Assembly: GCA_044892525.1 (NCBI GenBank)
Contig: CM097888.1
Location: forward strand, 92,628,001-92,692,000
Origin: Schmidtea polychroa
Lineage: Eukaryota
DNA length: 64,000 nt
Direction: 5' to 3'
This document shows positions 27,601 through 39,600 of this stretch, piece by piece; within the stretch, counting starts at the first letter, position 1, and each line of letters begins with the position of its first letter. The notes under the pieces were generated by a model, which saw only the letters and a list, made by a program, of their open reading frames with translations, searched no databases and was not told where the DNA came from. The translations under genes and the position numbers were made by a program.

Positions 27601-30600
27601 GAAATAATCATGTGGCATCAAACTGTAGAATTTCGGACCTAAATTGTGAGAAATTTTGTGGAAAATTTGGTCATATTATGCGTTCATGTCCACAAAATCA
27701 GTTATCTAATAACAATGGTAGTGGCAACAATGGTAATAATCGATCAAAGCAGACAACGTTTGCAGTAAATTCAGACCACAAATTAACGTATTTGCAGCAG
27801 CTTGAATTAGAAATTCAAGAAGTAAGAAACAGGTTAGCAAGGCTAACAACAAATGAAACTGATGGGTACGATGAAAATGAAGGTGTTTATATGACGTCAG
27901 CCAGAAAAAGGCGAAATAAAAATAATTATGTAGAACTTGAAGTGTTGATGCTTCAAGAGAGTCCAAGGGAGGACAAAGAGGAAAAGACTATGGTCATGGA
28001 ACCAGAGGTCTGTGAGGGTTTACAGGTTTCACCCAGGAAAAATCTAGTGGCTGTGGCAATGGAGCCAGAAGCCAACAGAGAAATAGAAGGTTTACCGGTT
28101 TCACCAGTCAAAAATCGTAAGGCTATGGACATGGATCCAGTAGTTAATGAAATTGTTCCAACAGAAGTTTTGGAAAAAAGATGGGCTTCGGTCATTAAGC
28201 CGGAAGTTCTTCTAGCCACATCATCCATGCGAGGTGAGTGTGGTAGCGAACCAATAAAGGTTAGAGAAGCATCGAAAGAGGAAAGAAATCCCATCGATGA
28301 CTGTAGAAAAATACTATTACGCAAAAGCGTATGGCAAAGAGAAATGAGACAGAAATTAGAAAATATTCGTTTAAACCCTGTTAATGAGAATGAGGTTGAC
28401 AAAGTAATGGATATCATATCAGAGTTAGACAGAAATGAGGAATATTATCCAGAATTGAGAGAAATTCTGAGAAATATTGGCCTAAATTGGAAACAAAGAG
28501 AGAATCTGGAGGATTCTACCATTTTTGTATCTTTCCCAAAGGGTTGTTTTCGTAGATATACAATTAACCCAAGTGAAAAGGTAGAAGTATTGGCAAAGAG
28601 AGTTTCGGTGGTAAAACCTCAACAGAGATGCAAACTATACTTATTGGGAGAAAGATTATTAGAGGGAGAAACCTTGTTAGATTGTGGTATACTACCAGGG
28701 AAAAATATGGTTATAAAAGCAAAGTTTCACAAGGAAACTGTTACAGTAGTGGACTTGGATAATGTCCTTACTATAAGCGAGATTGAAATTGATCAATTAA
28801 ATCAAATATCAGCCGTACCACATAGATTGGGAATTGAACTGATGAAAAACCCAAGAGATGGGGAAGCCATTAAGATGATAATGGATTGGATACTGGAGTT
28901 GCGAATCCCAGTAGATACTCTTAGAGAGATAATGCCATTGGTGGTGCCTTTAGTAAAAGAGACATCACAATTCCAGACACAAGCAAAGATGCTGTTGATT
29001 AAAAATGGACATGCTATTAGACATTTGGAAGGTAGACAAGGTCCAGTGATGTTAGATATCAGGATACCCAGGAGAGGACACCTGATACAACAATTCTCAT
29101 GTTATCATAGGGTAAAGAAACTGAGAAAAAGGATATCAGAAATATTAAAAGAGTCATTCCTAATAATGATACATGGTTGTCAGGTGGATGACGACGAATT
29201 TCTAGTAGATGTTGGATGTTTTCCCAATGAGGAAACAGTTGTATTAATATTACTGGTAGAGTTTCCAGAGGATGAATGGGCAACTTTGAGATTGCCAGAT
29301 AATGCTGAAATGGAGGATGAAACAGTACATCCAGAGCGAAAACATTTAGACGGGAATACTCATCAGGAACCCGTAACTACAGTAGATTTAGATGAAGAGA
29401 TAGATAAATATCTCAAGGAACTTGATAACACTGAAGACGAGTTGGTCGAAATATTTCCTACAGAGGAAGATAATGAAGTACAATTAAATCGAGATGAAAC
29501 AAACATCGGAGCTAGTACATCGCGACAAGCCGAGCCACCAAGAGAAAGAGTGAGCCCGAAATTAGTAGAGAATAAAAAGAAAAGGGAGAGAAGGGGTAGA
29601 CCGAGGAAAAGTCAAATGAACCCACCTCCAAGAGAACTTCTAAAACCAGTTACAATACAAAATGTAACTAAGCAGGCTCTAGCAGGGATAGCTAGCCAAA
29701 TCGATAAAAGCGTTGGAGACGCTAGTGATAAAACGGAAACATGGAAAAGACTGAATCAAATCTTACGACTGATTAAGCCCGATTGGCAAATCAAGAAAGA
29801 TAAAAGTGTTAATGTTGACAAAATTGCAGAAAAAGTCAAGAAAGCTATGGAAAAGATTCCAGGAAGCACTACGGAACAGGAGATGTTCGAAATAGCAGGG
29901 CAATTCATAGATGAAGGCCTGACGAAAGGGAAAATGATAACGATTCTAGCCTTAATGTTTAAAAATGCATTGAGCATAATTAAAGATGATTCGTCGAAAA
30001 TTCCAGCAGCCATAGACAAGCTGACTGATATCATCGAAGTGAATTTCAGAACATGGATGACTGAGCACAAGTTTTGGGATATAAAAGAAACGAAAGGAAA
30101 ATATGAATTAAATGAAGAATTGTTGACAGAAAATATTTCAAGTAGTCCACGGGGAACAGGTGGATTTACTAGTTGGATGATGATGTTGTTGGTAATGATG
30201 GGAATACTGCGACAGACAAATTCCCTAACGGCATATGATTGTAGTGAACCAATACTATCGCGAATCTACTCATTAGTTGACACAGTGGAATGCAAGGAAG
30301 CATATCCAGATAAAGTTGCAAAAAGGGAAGACGTAGAATATCATGTTTATCAGCAAACAGAGTTTTACAGAACCAGAGTGAGGGAATGTCGAATACAGAG
30401 AGCGACGTTCGAATATTACTGTGGATCGAATAGTTATTCAGCATTTTTAGGAGCTAAACTCATTCCTATACCGTTAATCATCCCACCAGAGGATTGTGTA
30501 AATGCTTTCCGGTCAAAAACAGTCAAAATAGATCAGGAGGTAACAATTACCGCGGAAGAGGGGAAAAAGTTGGGTATAACTATTACCCGGGGTGGACCGA

Positions 30601-33600
30601 TAGCAGAAGATGGTTCTTGTCATGGTAGAAAGAAAGTTAGAGGTTCTAATGTAGTAAGCTATGTGGTAACAGTTGAGGACTACACAGTAGAGCTGATAGA
30701 GTACGAAGGAACTTTCGAAGTATCCACGGGAAAAATGATGTCTCATCCAGAATGCAACGTGAAATATGGTTATTGTAAAACCAGTTTAGCAGTATTAACG
30801 TACCAATCAATGAGAGATTTTTGTGATTTAGGATACCTGAAAAAGGTAGTATTTTCAAGGCTAGATGGGAAGAGTTTTACGTCTCAGGATTCACAACAAA
30901 GTGGTTGGGGAGACAAGATAACTCACAAAACGAAAAAGGAAGTAGTACCGGAGAAAAGCACAGCAGTAGTATTAGTCTCCAAGGACCCAACAGATGCAAT
31001 TCGTTTAGTCAGAAAGAAACAGACAACGAAATGTGGTGTACCAATATTTGAAACCAACTACAAGGGAATATACTTAGCATACAAGTATGTTCCAGCAGCA
31101 GAATCATTGCATCTATCAGATATTAAAATAGCCAAGTATATCAATAATAAGATTGATTTCTTGTATCATGATCTGCAGAAACAATTATTAGATGTCTATC
31201 AGGAAGTGATCCTGAACGACTGTCGTTTGAATCGGGAAATAATACGGAATAGATTAGCAATATCTATAGCTAATCCGGATCTAATAATGCCAATGTTGAC
31301 AGAGGAAGGAACATTCGGCAGAATTTTGGGCGAAGCAATTTATAGCTATCAGTGCAAAGCAATAGAGGTGGAAATTACCAAATATGATCGATGTACATTG
31401 GAGTTACCAGTGAAATATAAAGGAAAATTGAGATTCCTGATGCCAGTATCACACCAGCTATTAAAGGAGGATACCTCACCATTGACAGCAATTTGCAATC
31501 CAGCAATGTCACCATTATACAAAATTAACAATATTTGGATTTCGTTGCCAGATAGAAAACCGCCTTCAAAACCAGTTGAAGTGCTTCAAGCGACAAAGTT
31601 AGAAACTAAAATGGAGTTTCAACCATTAAACGAGATGTCAAAAGGAGGAGTATATACTCCGGAAGATATTGAAGAAGCTCGGAGAGCAATCGTATTTCCC
31701 CAAATCAGAAATAGGGGAGTGACGGAAATAATAACAAGAATCTATCAATCATATGATGGAAAACCGGACTATAACTTATTATTTGGACCAGAACATTATA
31801 AACAAGCTGCATCCAATGTAATACGGAAAATCTGGGGTAGATTTACAAGCTTTGGCATTTTTGTAGCAGGATGTTCAGGTATATATGCAATAGTGATGAT
31901 ATTGAAAATAATCATATCGCAATTATTTTCTACCTATAGTATCTTCAAGATCGGGGGATGGTCTTGGAAGTTGCTACTAGGAATGTGTCCAGTTTGTGCA
32001 GATTTTGCAGTATTTCATCATCATAATAAAGAGATTAAAAGAATGAAGAGACAAACTATAAAGAAGCATGAGTTAATAATGTATGAACCTAGTCATCGAG
32101 ACGATGACAATTCTGACGAGGGAGGTAACCTAGAGGGCTATGAGACTTCAGACAACACCTCAATAAAACCAGACAACAAAAAACCGAAATTTCAAAATTT
32201 TGAAAACAGTACTTTACAACAGTACCCTGTTAAAGCAAAAAGGAGGAAACGGCAGGAGTGGCCCGTAAATTACTTGTCTCCATACGAGGGTAGAAAAAAG
32301 ATAATACCAGAACGAGTTGAAGAGGAAATGTTAAAGAGGCTCGAGTTTAGAACGAATACAGATATATCACCATCTACCTCATACCCAACGTATAAAATGA
32401 AGTTCGAGACAATGCCACCCTTGGGTACATCAGTATTTGAGATGGTACCGAAATATCCATTTAGCACGTTGGAACGGCTAAAGGAAGAGTATAAAGATGA
32501 AATAAAATCAGAAAATGACAAAGATAGTGATGATCAACAAAAGTTCAGAGACAATATTCGAGGAATCTCAACAATATTAATGGTCAATATGGGTAAAAAG
32601 ACTCATAAACCTACGATTAAACTAAAAGTTAACAGGCATACGGTACATGCCATTATTGATTCAGGATCAGATTTGACATTGATCGAAGCAAATTTATTAA
32701 ATGAAAAAGAATTACAAGCAATAGTGCCGACATTACTTGTTGCATCGGGAGCAAATGGACAACCTATCAATGTTATCGGAACATTAGATTGCGAATTAAG
32801 GTTGTGTGATCAAAAATTTAGACACGATATCAAGGTCACTAGACAATGTATGGCAGAATGTATCGTGGGAATGGATATATTGAAAAAGTTAAAAGATATT
32901 GTATTTGATTGTGCAACAGGTGAATTAGTGAAAATGACTGGTAGAAAACGGAAAACCTACAGTGTGGATGTAGTGTTTTTGGATAGAACGGTGACAATAC
33001 CACCGAGGACCGAAACAGTTTGTTTCGTAGCAACACACCAAGAGGTGGAAGGAGATGTTATTTTCGAACCCAGTGAGCAGTTCGTAAATAGGTATAAAAC
33101 GCCTATGGTGCAAAACTTGGCAACAGTACGGGGAGGAAGGATCCCGATTAGATTAACAAATCTAGCGAGCAAATCATTGAGATTATACCCAGAGACTAGA
33201 GTGGGTAAAGTGATACAACTTTCTAACATGCAGAAAGAGCATGAATCGATATTAGCAGTAGAAGAGGATGAACGAGATCCTGATATCGAATATTACGACG
33301 CACCGAGCTGCGATAGTAAAGCTTTATCTAGAAAAGAAAATATCAGAGTCAATCAATTATTACGTAAATATGACCAAGTTTTCGCAAAACACGAATATGA
33401 CTTAGGGCAAGTTAATATTCTAGAGCATGAGATTAAATTAACAGAAAATAAACCGATAAAAATTCGCCCGTACAGAATACCTCAAAGCATACAAGGGTCC
33501 GTTGACAAACAAATTAATGCAAAAATATAATATAATCAGACCCAGTAAATCTCCATATTCCTCACCTTTGGTGGTTGTAGCTAAAAGAGACGGCTCAGTC

Positions 33601-36600
33601 AGATTATGTAATGACTATAGGAAATTAAATGAACAAACAGTTAGTGATAATCACCCGCTACCTTTGCTAGACTACATTTATGATAAAATGAAAAATTCAA
33701 AGTTGTTTACTGTGATGGATGCACAGAAAGGTTTTTATCAAATAAAGATGAGCGAAGACTCAATTCCTATGACAGGATTTTCTACAAGTAGTGATCATTT
33801 TGAATACTTAGTAATGCCGTTTGGATTAAAAGGAGCCCCTCCAACTTTTCAGAGAGCAATGAATATCATGTTGATGGATGCACATCACGCAATGGTATAT
33901 ATAGACGATATTATCATCTTCTCGGAAGATTTAGATAAACATTTGGAACATCTAGAAGACATTTTCAAAAGATTGATTATGGCAAACCTGAAAGTAAAGC
34001 CAAGCAAATGCAAATGGGCAGAATCGGAAGTGATTTACGTGGGGCATGTAATATCACACGATTGCGTAAGACCAGATCCGGCGAACACGGATAAAGTAAA
34101 GAATTTCCCACAACCAGTGAATGTAAAACAAATCAAAGGATTTTTAGGGTTGACGGGATACTATCGGAAATTTATACGAAATTTTTCAGCAATAGCTTTT
34201 CCTCTAACTACCTTAGAAAAGAAAGGTATAAAATTTTTATGGGGAGAAGATCAGCAACAGGCATTCGATAAGTTAAAAGATGCACTATGCAAACCACCAA
34301 TTCTACGATTTCCAGATTTTAAAAGACAATTCATGGTGATGACCGATGCATGCACAAGAGGTATAGGTGCCGTTTTGGGACAGAAAGACGAAATTGGCGA
34401 TGAGTACGCAGTAGCATATGCAAGTCGTGGATTGAAGCCACACGAAAAAAGTTATGCTGTAATAGAATTGGAAGCATTAGCATTAGTATTTGCAGTGGAA
34501 AAATTTAGTCATTACCTATGGGGCAGAAAGATAATTTTCTATACGGATCATAGACCATTGCAATGGCTGTTAAAACATAGGGATGAAGCATCAAAATTAG
34601 TAAGATGGGCATTGAGATTACAGCCATATAATATCGAAATAGTATATCGTAAAGGTAAAGCTAATGGTAATGCAGATGCATTATCACGAATGGAACAAGA
34701 GCCTGAGTTAGAAGATATAAAGGAAGGAAGATTAGAAGGAACAATCTTCATGCTAACAAGAGAGGCTAACACTTTGAGCGATATAGTAGAAGCGCAAAAA
34801 AATGATGACGAAATCAATATGATCAGACAAGCTATAGAAGCAAAGGCCATACCAAATGAATTTCAGAAATATTGGGAGAGACATAAAGATAAATTCATAT
34901 TGGAAGAAGGGCTAATCAAATACGTTGAATCAAGGGATAATGTAATATTAGTACCAAAGAAATACAGAGAATCACTATTATTACAATACCACGACGGAGC
35001 ACTGGGAGGACATCTCTCAGTTAGACATACACTGTCAAGATTAAAAATGAAATACTTCTGGCCAGATATGAAAGATGATGTTAAAAAGTGGTGTCAATCA
35101 TGTAAGATATGTATAACCAGAAGGAACACAGGCAGGAAACCACATGTTCCATTGAAACCAATGCCAGTACCGTCCTCGCCAATGGAGATGACTGCTATGG
35201 ACGTACTAGGGCCGTTTAAAGAATCAAAAATGGGAAATAAATTTATCATAGTATTTTGCGATTACTTAACCAAGTGGCCCGAAGCATTCCCAATTCCGAA
35301 TCATAAGGCAGACACAATTGCCAGAATCTTTGTAGAACAAATAGTATTCAGATATGGTGTTCCAACAAAATTACTTACCGACAGAGGAAAGGATTTCATG
35401 AGTAATCTGTTAAAAAGTATAAATGATTATTTTGGTATTTTAAAATTAAATACCTCACCATACCATCCACAGACGGATGGATTGGTAGAAAGGTTCAATG
35501 GAACCTTGGCAAACATGTTATCATCATACGTAAACTCAGGTCAGACGGACTGGGATGTACACATACCATCGTGTTTGTTTGCGTACAGAAATGCTGTTCA
35601 TTCAGTAACAGGAGAAACACCTTTCTATCTGATGTATTTAAGGCATAACAAGATGCCAGTAGATCTTATATTTTATCCGAAAGCTTCACAGAATTGTGAT
35701 GAGGAAAATTACTTATTCGAGATGAGAGAGAGAATGCAAGAAGCCTGGGAAAAAGCAGGTTTGAACATTCGTTATAACCAAGAAACGATGAAGGAATATC
35801 ATGATCGTAAAGCGAAGGATCATGGGTTTTTGGTAGGAGATTATGTCATGTTAGAAGGACATTACAACAAAAAAGGTTTATCTCCAAAATTAATGAGAAA
35901 TTACAAAGGGCCGTATCAAATTTTGAAAGTCACAGAAACAAATTTAGTCTTGCAGTTAGTGACAAACAGAAAAGCAGAACCGATAATGGTTCATGCAAAC
36001 AGATGTAAAAAGATAGCCCCACCAGAAAAGGAGAAACCAAAATCAGAAATCGATGAATTCGAAATAGATAAGAAATCGAAAAAGAAAACGTTGGAATCAT
36101 ACAAAAGTATCCTAAAAGGACAACCGGAACGATACCCTTTACGATCTCGGCAAGTACCGAAAACAGTTACATTTCTAGCAGTGATTAGTTGTGTTATGAT
36201 GATTGGACAAGCATTCGAGGTATTCACACCTAAAGCCAGTCAACATCCAGATATCGAATATCAACGAACAGATAGAGCGTTCAGATTTCATTTAACGAAT
36301 ATACAATGGCATAGATATGATTTATATTTGGTAGCTGCTGAAAGAGGGATATCATTTCACTTGAATACATGGGATCGAGTAAAAGTAATAGAAGGACTTA
36401 TGCCGAATACAAGTTATCTATTAGAAATCAAAACATTTTTTGCAGATCCAAACGTTTTTGCAGACGGAGGAGATTGTGTAGATAAAGCAGCATGGATTTT
36501 GAAGACTGCAAAATTTACCAAAAAAGTAGAGATTTCATATCTCGGGCAGATAGTAAGATTTACTCATCCACGGTGGAAAAGAAATGACACATCTTCCACT

Positions 36601-39600
36601 CACGATTGGAGGACGAATAATAAAATTGCGCTAATCGTCATATTAGAAAACGACCAGCGAGTCGAGAGATTAGTGCTCAACCATGCGTATCTAAGTAAAA
36701 GATGGAAAATCAAACCAGATACCGTGATAAAAGCGAATATTTCGTATTTGGAATTTACGGAGAGAACCGGTTGGTATACAATATATCAAGAAATAGTAAA
36801 TCTAATACCTCCCACAAAGGGAGAACTAACTAGCAAAGAAGGAAAGGCTAGATTAGTAAATATTCCTGGTTGTAAAGGAATAAATGCTTTAGATTGGTTT
36901 AGTATTAGAAAGGTAGCGAGTGTAAAACAGCCCCGCATAACTAAAATAATTAATAATTGTAGTTGTCAAAATACGTTAAAGGGGGCAGCGAGGGAGAAAA
37001 CGCCAACATGGCTATTGTTAATTATGATAGGGGGAGTAATTTGCATGATTTTAATTTTGCTCTTAACCACCCTATGGATGTTTAGATTAAATATACGAGA
37101 TATGCGTTATTGGGAAAATATTTACGAAACCGAGGTATAGGGGGAAAGTCTCACCATATACTAGGAAGTGTAAATATATATAGTTATTTATTTTATATAT
37201 ATGTTATTTATATTAGTATGTAGACTAATGTGGGCTCAAATGAGCATTGGTAAAATCAGACATCAGCGTATGTCGACTTTGGTTACCCTGCGAGGGTCTA
37301 TCACGAAAGTGATAAAAGCTGTTAATTATCTTATTTTTAGAAAAATGAATTATAGCAGAGAATCAAAGCCGCCAGTCAAGGCAAATCGACGACACCCATT
37401 AGCAACGTACAATTCCCAAACTCGAGTGGAAACTGAAGTGTATAGCACCTATAAAGAAGAGTATGTATATCGGTTCATCGGAACCACGGTAGCAGCAAAG
37501 ATGAATCACCTCACCTCAAACTATTGGTATTATCCCAGGAGAGTGGATATTCCAAATGACTTCAAATTTCCAGGAGGGCCTCGAAGGCAAATGATGGTAA
37601 CGGTTATAAATAACCAAGGTAGATTAAAATTGGCGGAACTATGTAGAGAGTATGGTTCAAGTCCGAAAGTAGAAAACATTTGGATCCATGCGATCAATAG
37701 GCCATTTACTGTGTTTATGGCGGGTTTAGAGCTACCTGTTGAATTAGAAAAACAGTGTACTCTGGAGATATACCACGCTGATGGACGAGAACGGAATATT
37801 ATGATCCAGGCAGCGGCGGTGGACACCATAATCGTAGTGGAAATCTTAGACTTCAGGAAACCATACTCTATAGTTAGCAAAAACGAGCCAACTTGGATTT
37901 ATAATGTAAATGAAGCTGATATACAGCAGTGTAAATCATTCGTGAGGAAGAAGTTAACCAAAGCCGAGGAGGATGAGGCTACAATTTTCATATCGGCAGG
38001 TTTTGCCAAATCCCGAATCGAATTGAAGGAGACAATTATCCAAATCGCAATTATGGATATGAGAGGAAATAATTTATTGAGTGCGATAGTGACTCCCAGA
38101 GATCCAGTAAAACATTACCAAACGCACCAATATAAGTTAAAAGAACCCGACATTAGAGGAAATCTCGATGAAGACGATTGTCATCATCTGATAAGAAAGA
38201 TCTGCGATAAGAAAATACTGGTAGGTATTTTACTTAAAGATCTGATCTCGGTAGCCAATCTACCAGTGCAGCGAATTTTGGGTATTCGTGACCTTTCGGC
38301 AAATAAACTATTGGAAACCAGAGGAGTCCCAAAGATCCATGGTCATTACAGTTTGGGATTCCTGACAAAAACTTTCCTGCGTACGGTTCCCGGAGAACCA
38401 AGGAATTTAGTGGTCACCAATGAGGCACTGGCAATACGTGCTGTTTATTTACATATCAGAAACGAATGGTTAGACCATATCACGATACCTCAGGAGGAAT
38501 TCATTTCCGCAACTACAGCAGCGATAGTTGAACAGGAAATGACGCAGAAGAGGAGATTACCTGAGCAACCATCTACATCAGAGCAACCCCAGCCCAAGAG
38601 GAAATCACCTGTGGATCTACCACCGCCTCCAGCCATATCTATTGGAGAAGAAGATGAATATGAAACATGTGCTAGTGAAATAGAGACAGCAAAATCACCT
38701 AAACAACCATCAGGAGCTGCCTATCAGCCAAAGGATAAATCGGATAATGCGGTCAGAAAAGAAAATCCAGAAGGAGGCAAGGTGAAAAAGATGTTAAAGA
38801 AAATGTTACCCATTAAAAGAGACAAATCGAAGTTAAAGTTGAAGAAAGTTGTTAAACCGTCGGAAGGAACGACAAAAGATACACCCAGCGGTTCGGAAGA
38901 TAGGACTATTAAACCTCAAAAGATATTCAGCGAACCAGATGATGACATTATGGAAGTTGCCTTTCAACCTCCGGTTAAGGAGATGCAGGAAGCAATAAAG
39001 GTTAAATCTGAACCTGTGGTAAGGCAGAAATTGTTAAAGATTGCCAAGGAGAATATCATCAAGAAACCAGTTTCGGTTGATGTGGACGGTTTCGAACCAA
39101 TGTGGTACAAACGTCCGGATAGTAAATGGAAACCCAGAGCGAAGGAGTATGACTGCCAACCAGTCACGAGAATGGCAGTCAATAATAACCAAAAATATGA
39201 TGTTTATGACGTAGACGGGATCCCTTACGTGGTGTCTACAGTCATATTAACAAGTGCTCTGGATGGTAAGCCTTTAGCAGTGAGTTTTGAGCCAGATGTC
39301 TTACAGAAGAGGAAGAAGAAGTTGTTGCAGCAATACGTCATTGCGAATAGCTACAGCACAAAGGAAGTGCACCTTTACAAAGTTCCAGACCCAGATCCCG
39401 ATGATCTGGATATCTAACCCAAGAGCGTTGCCACCCAACATGTGTCGTCAAATTCAAATGTGTACAAAATAACTTAACTATTATTTGAGTTGTGTTTTTC
39501 AGTGTTCTGACATTCATTATTTGTGATCTGAAACATTTATATTTTTTGTGTTTTGTCTTATTTGATTAATTTTTATGTTTTATTGTAATACTGTTTACGA

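Noticed and set aside
33490-33535. Programmed ribosomal frameshift between the two large ORFs
   Set aside because: The position is inside pol, there is no slippery heptamer, and a 5-nt repeat loss explains it; kept as the alternative in the findings.
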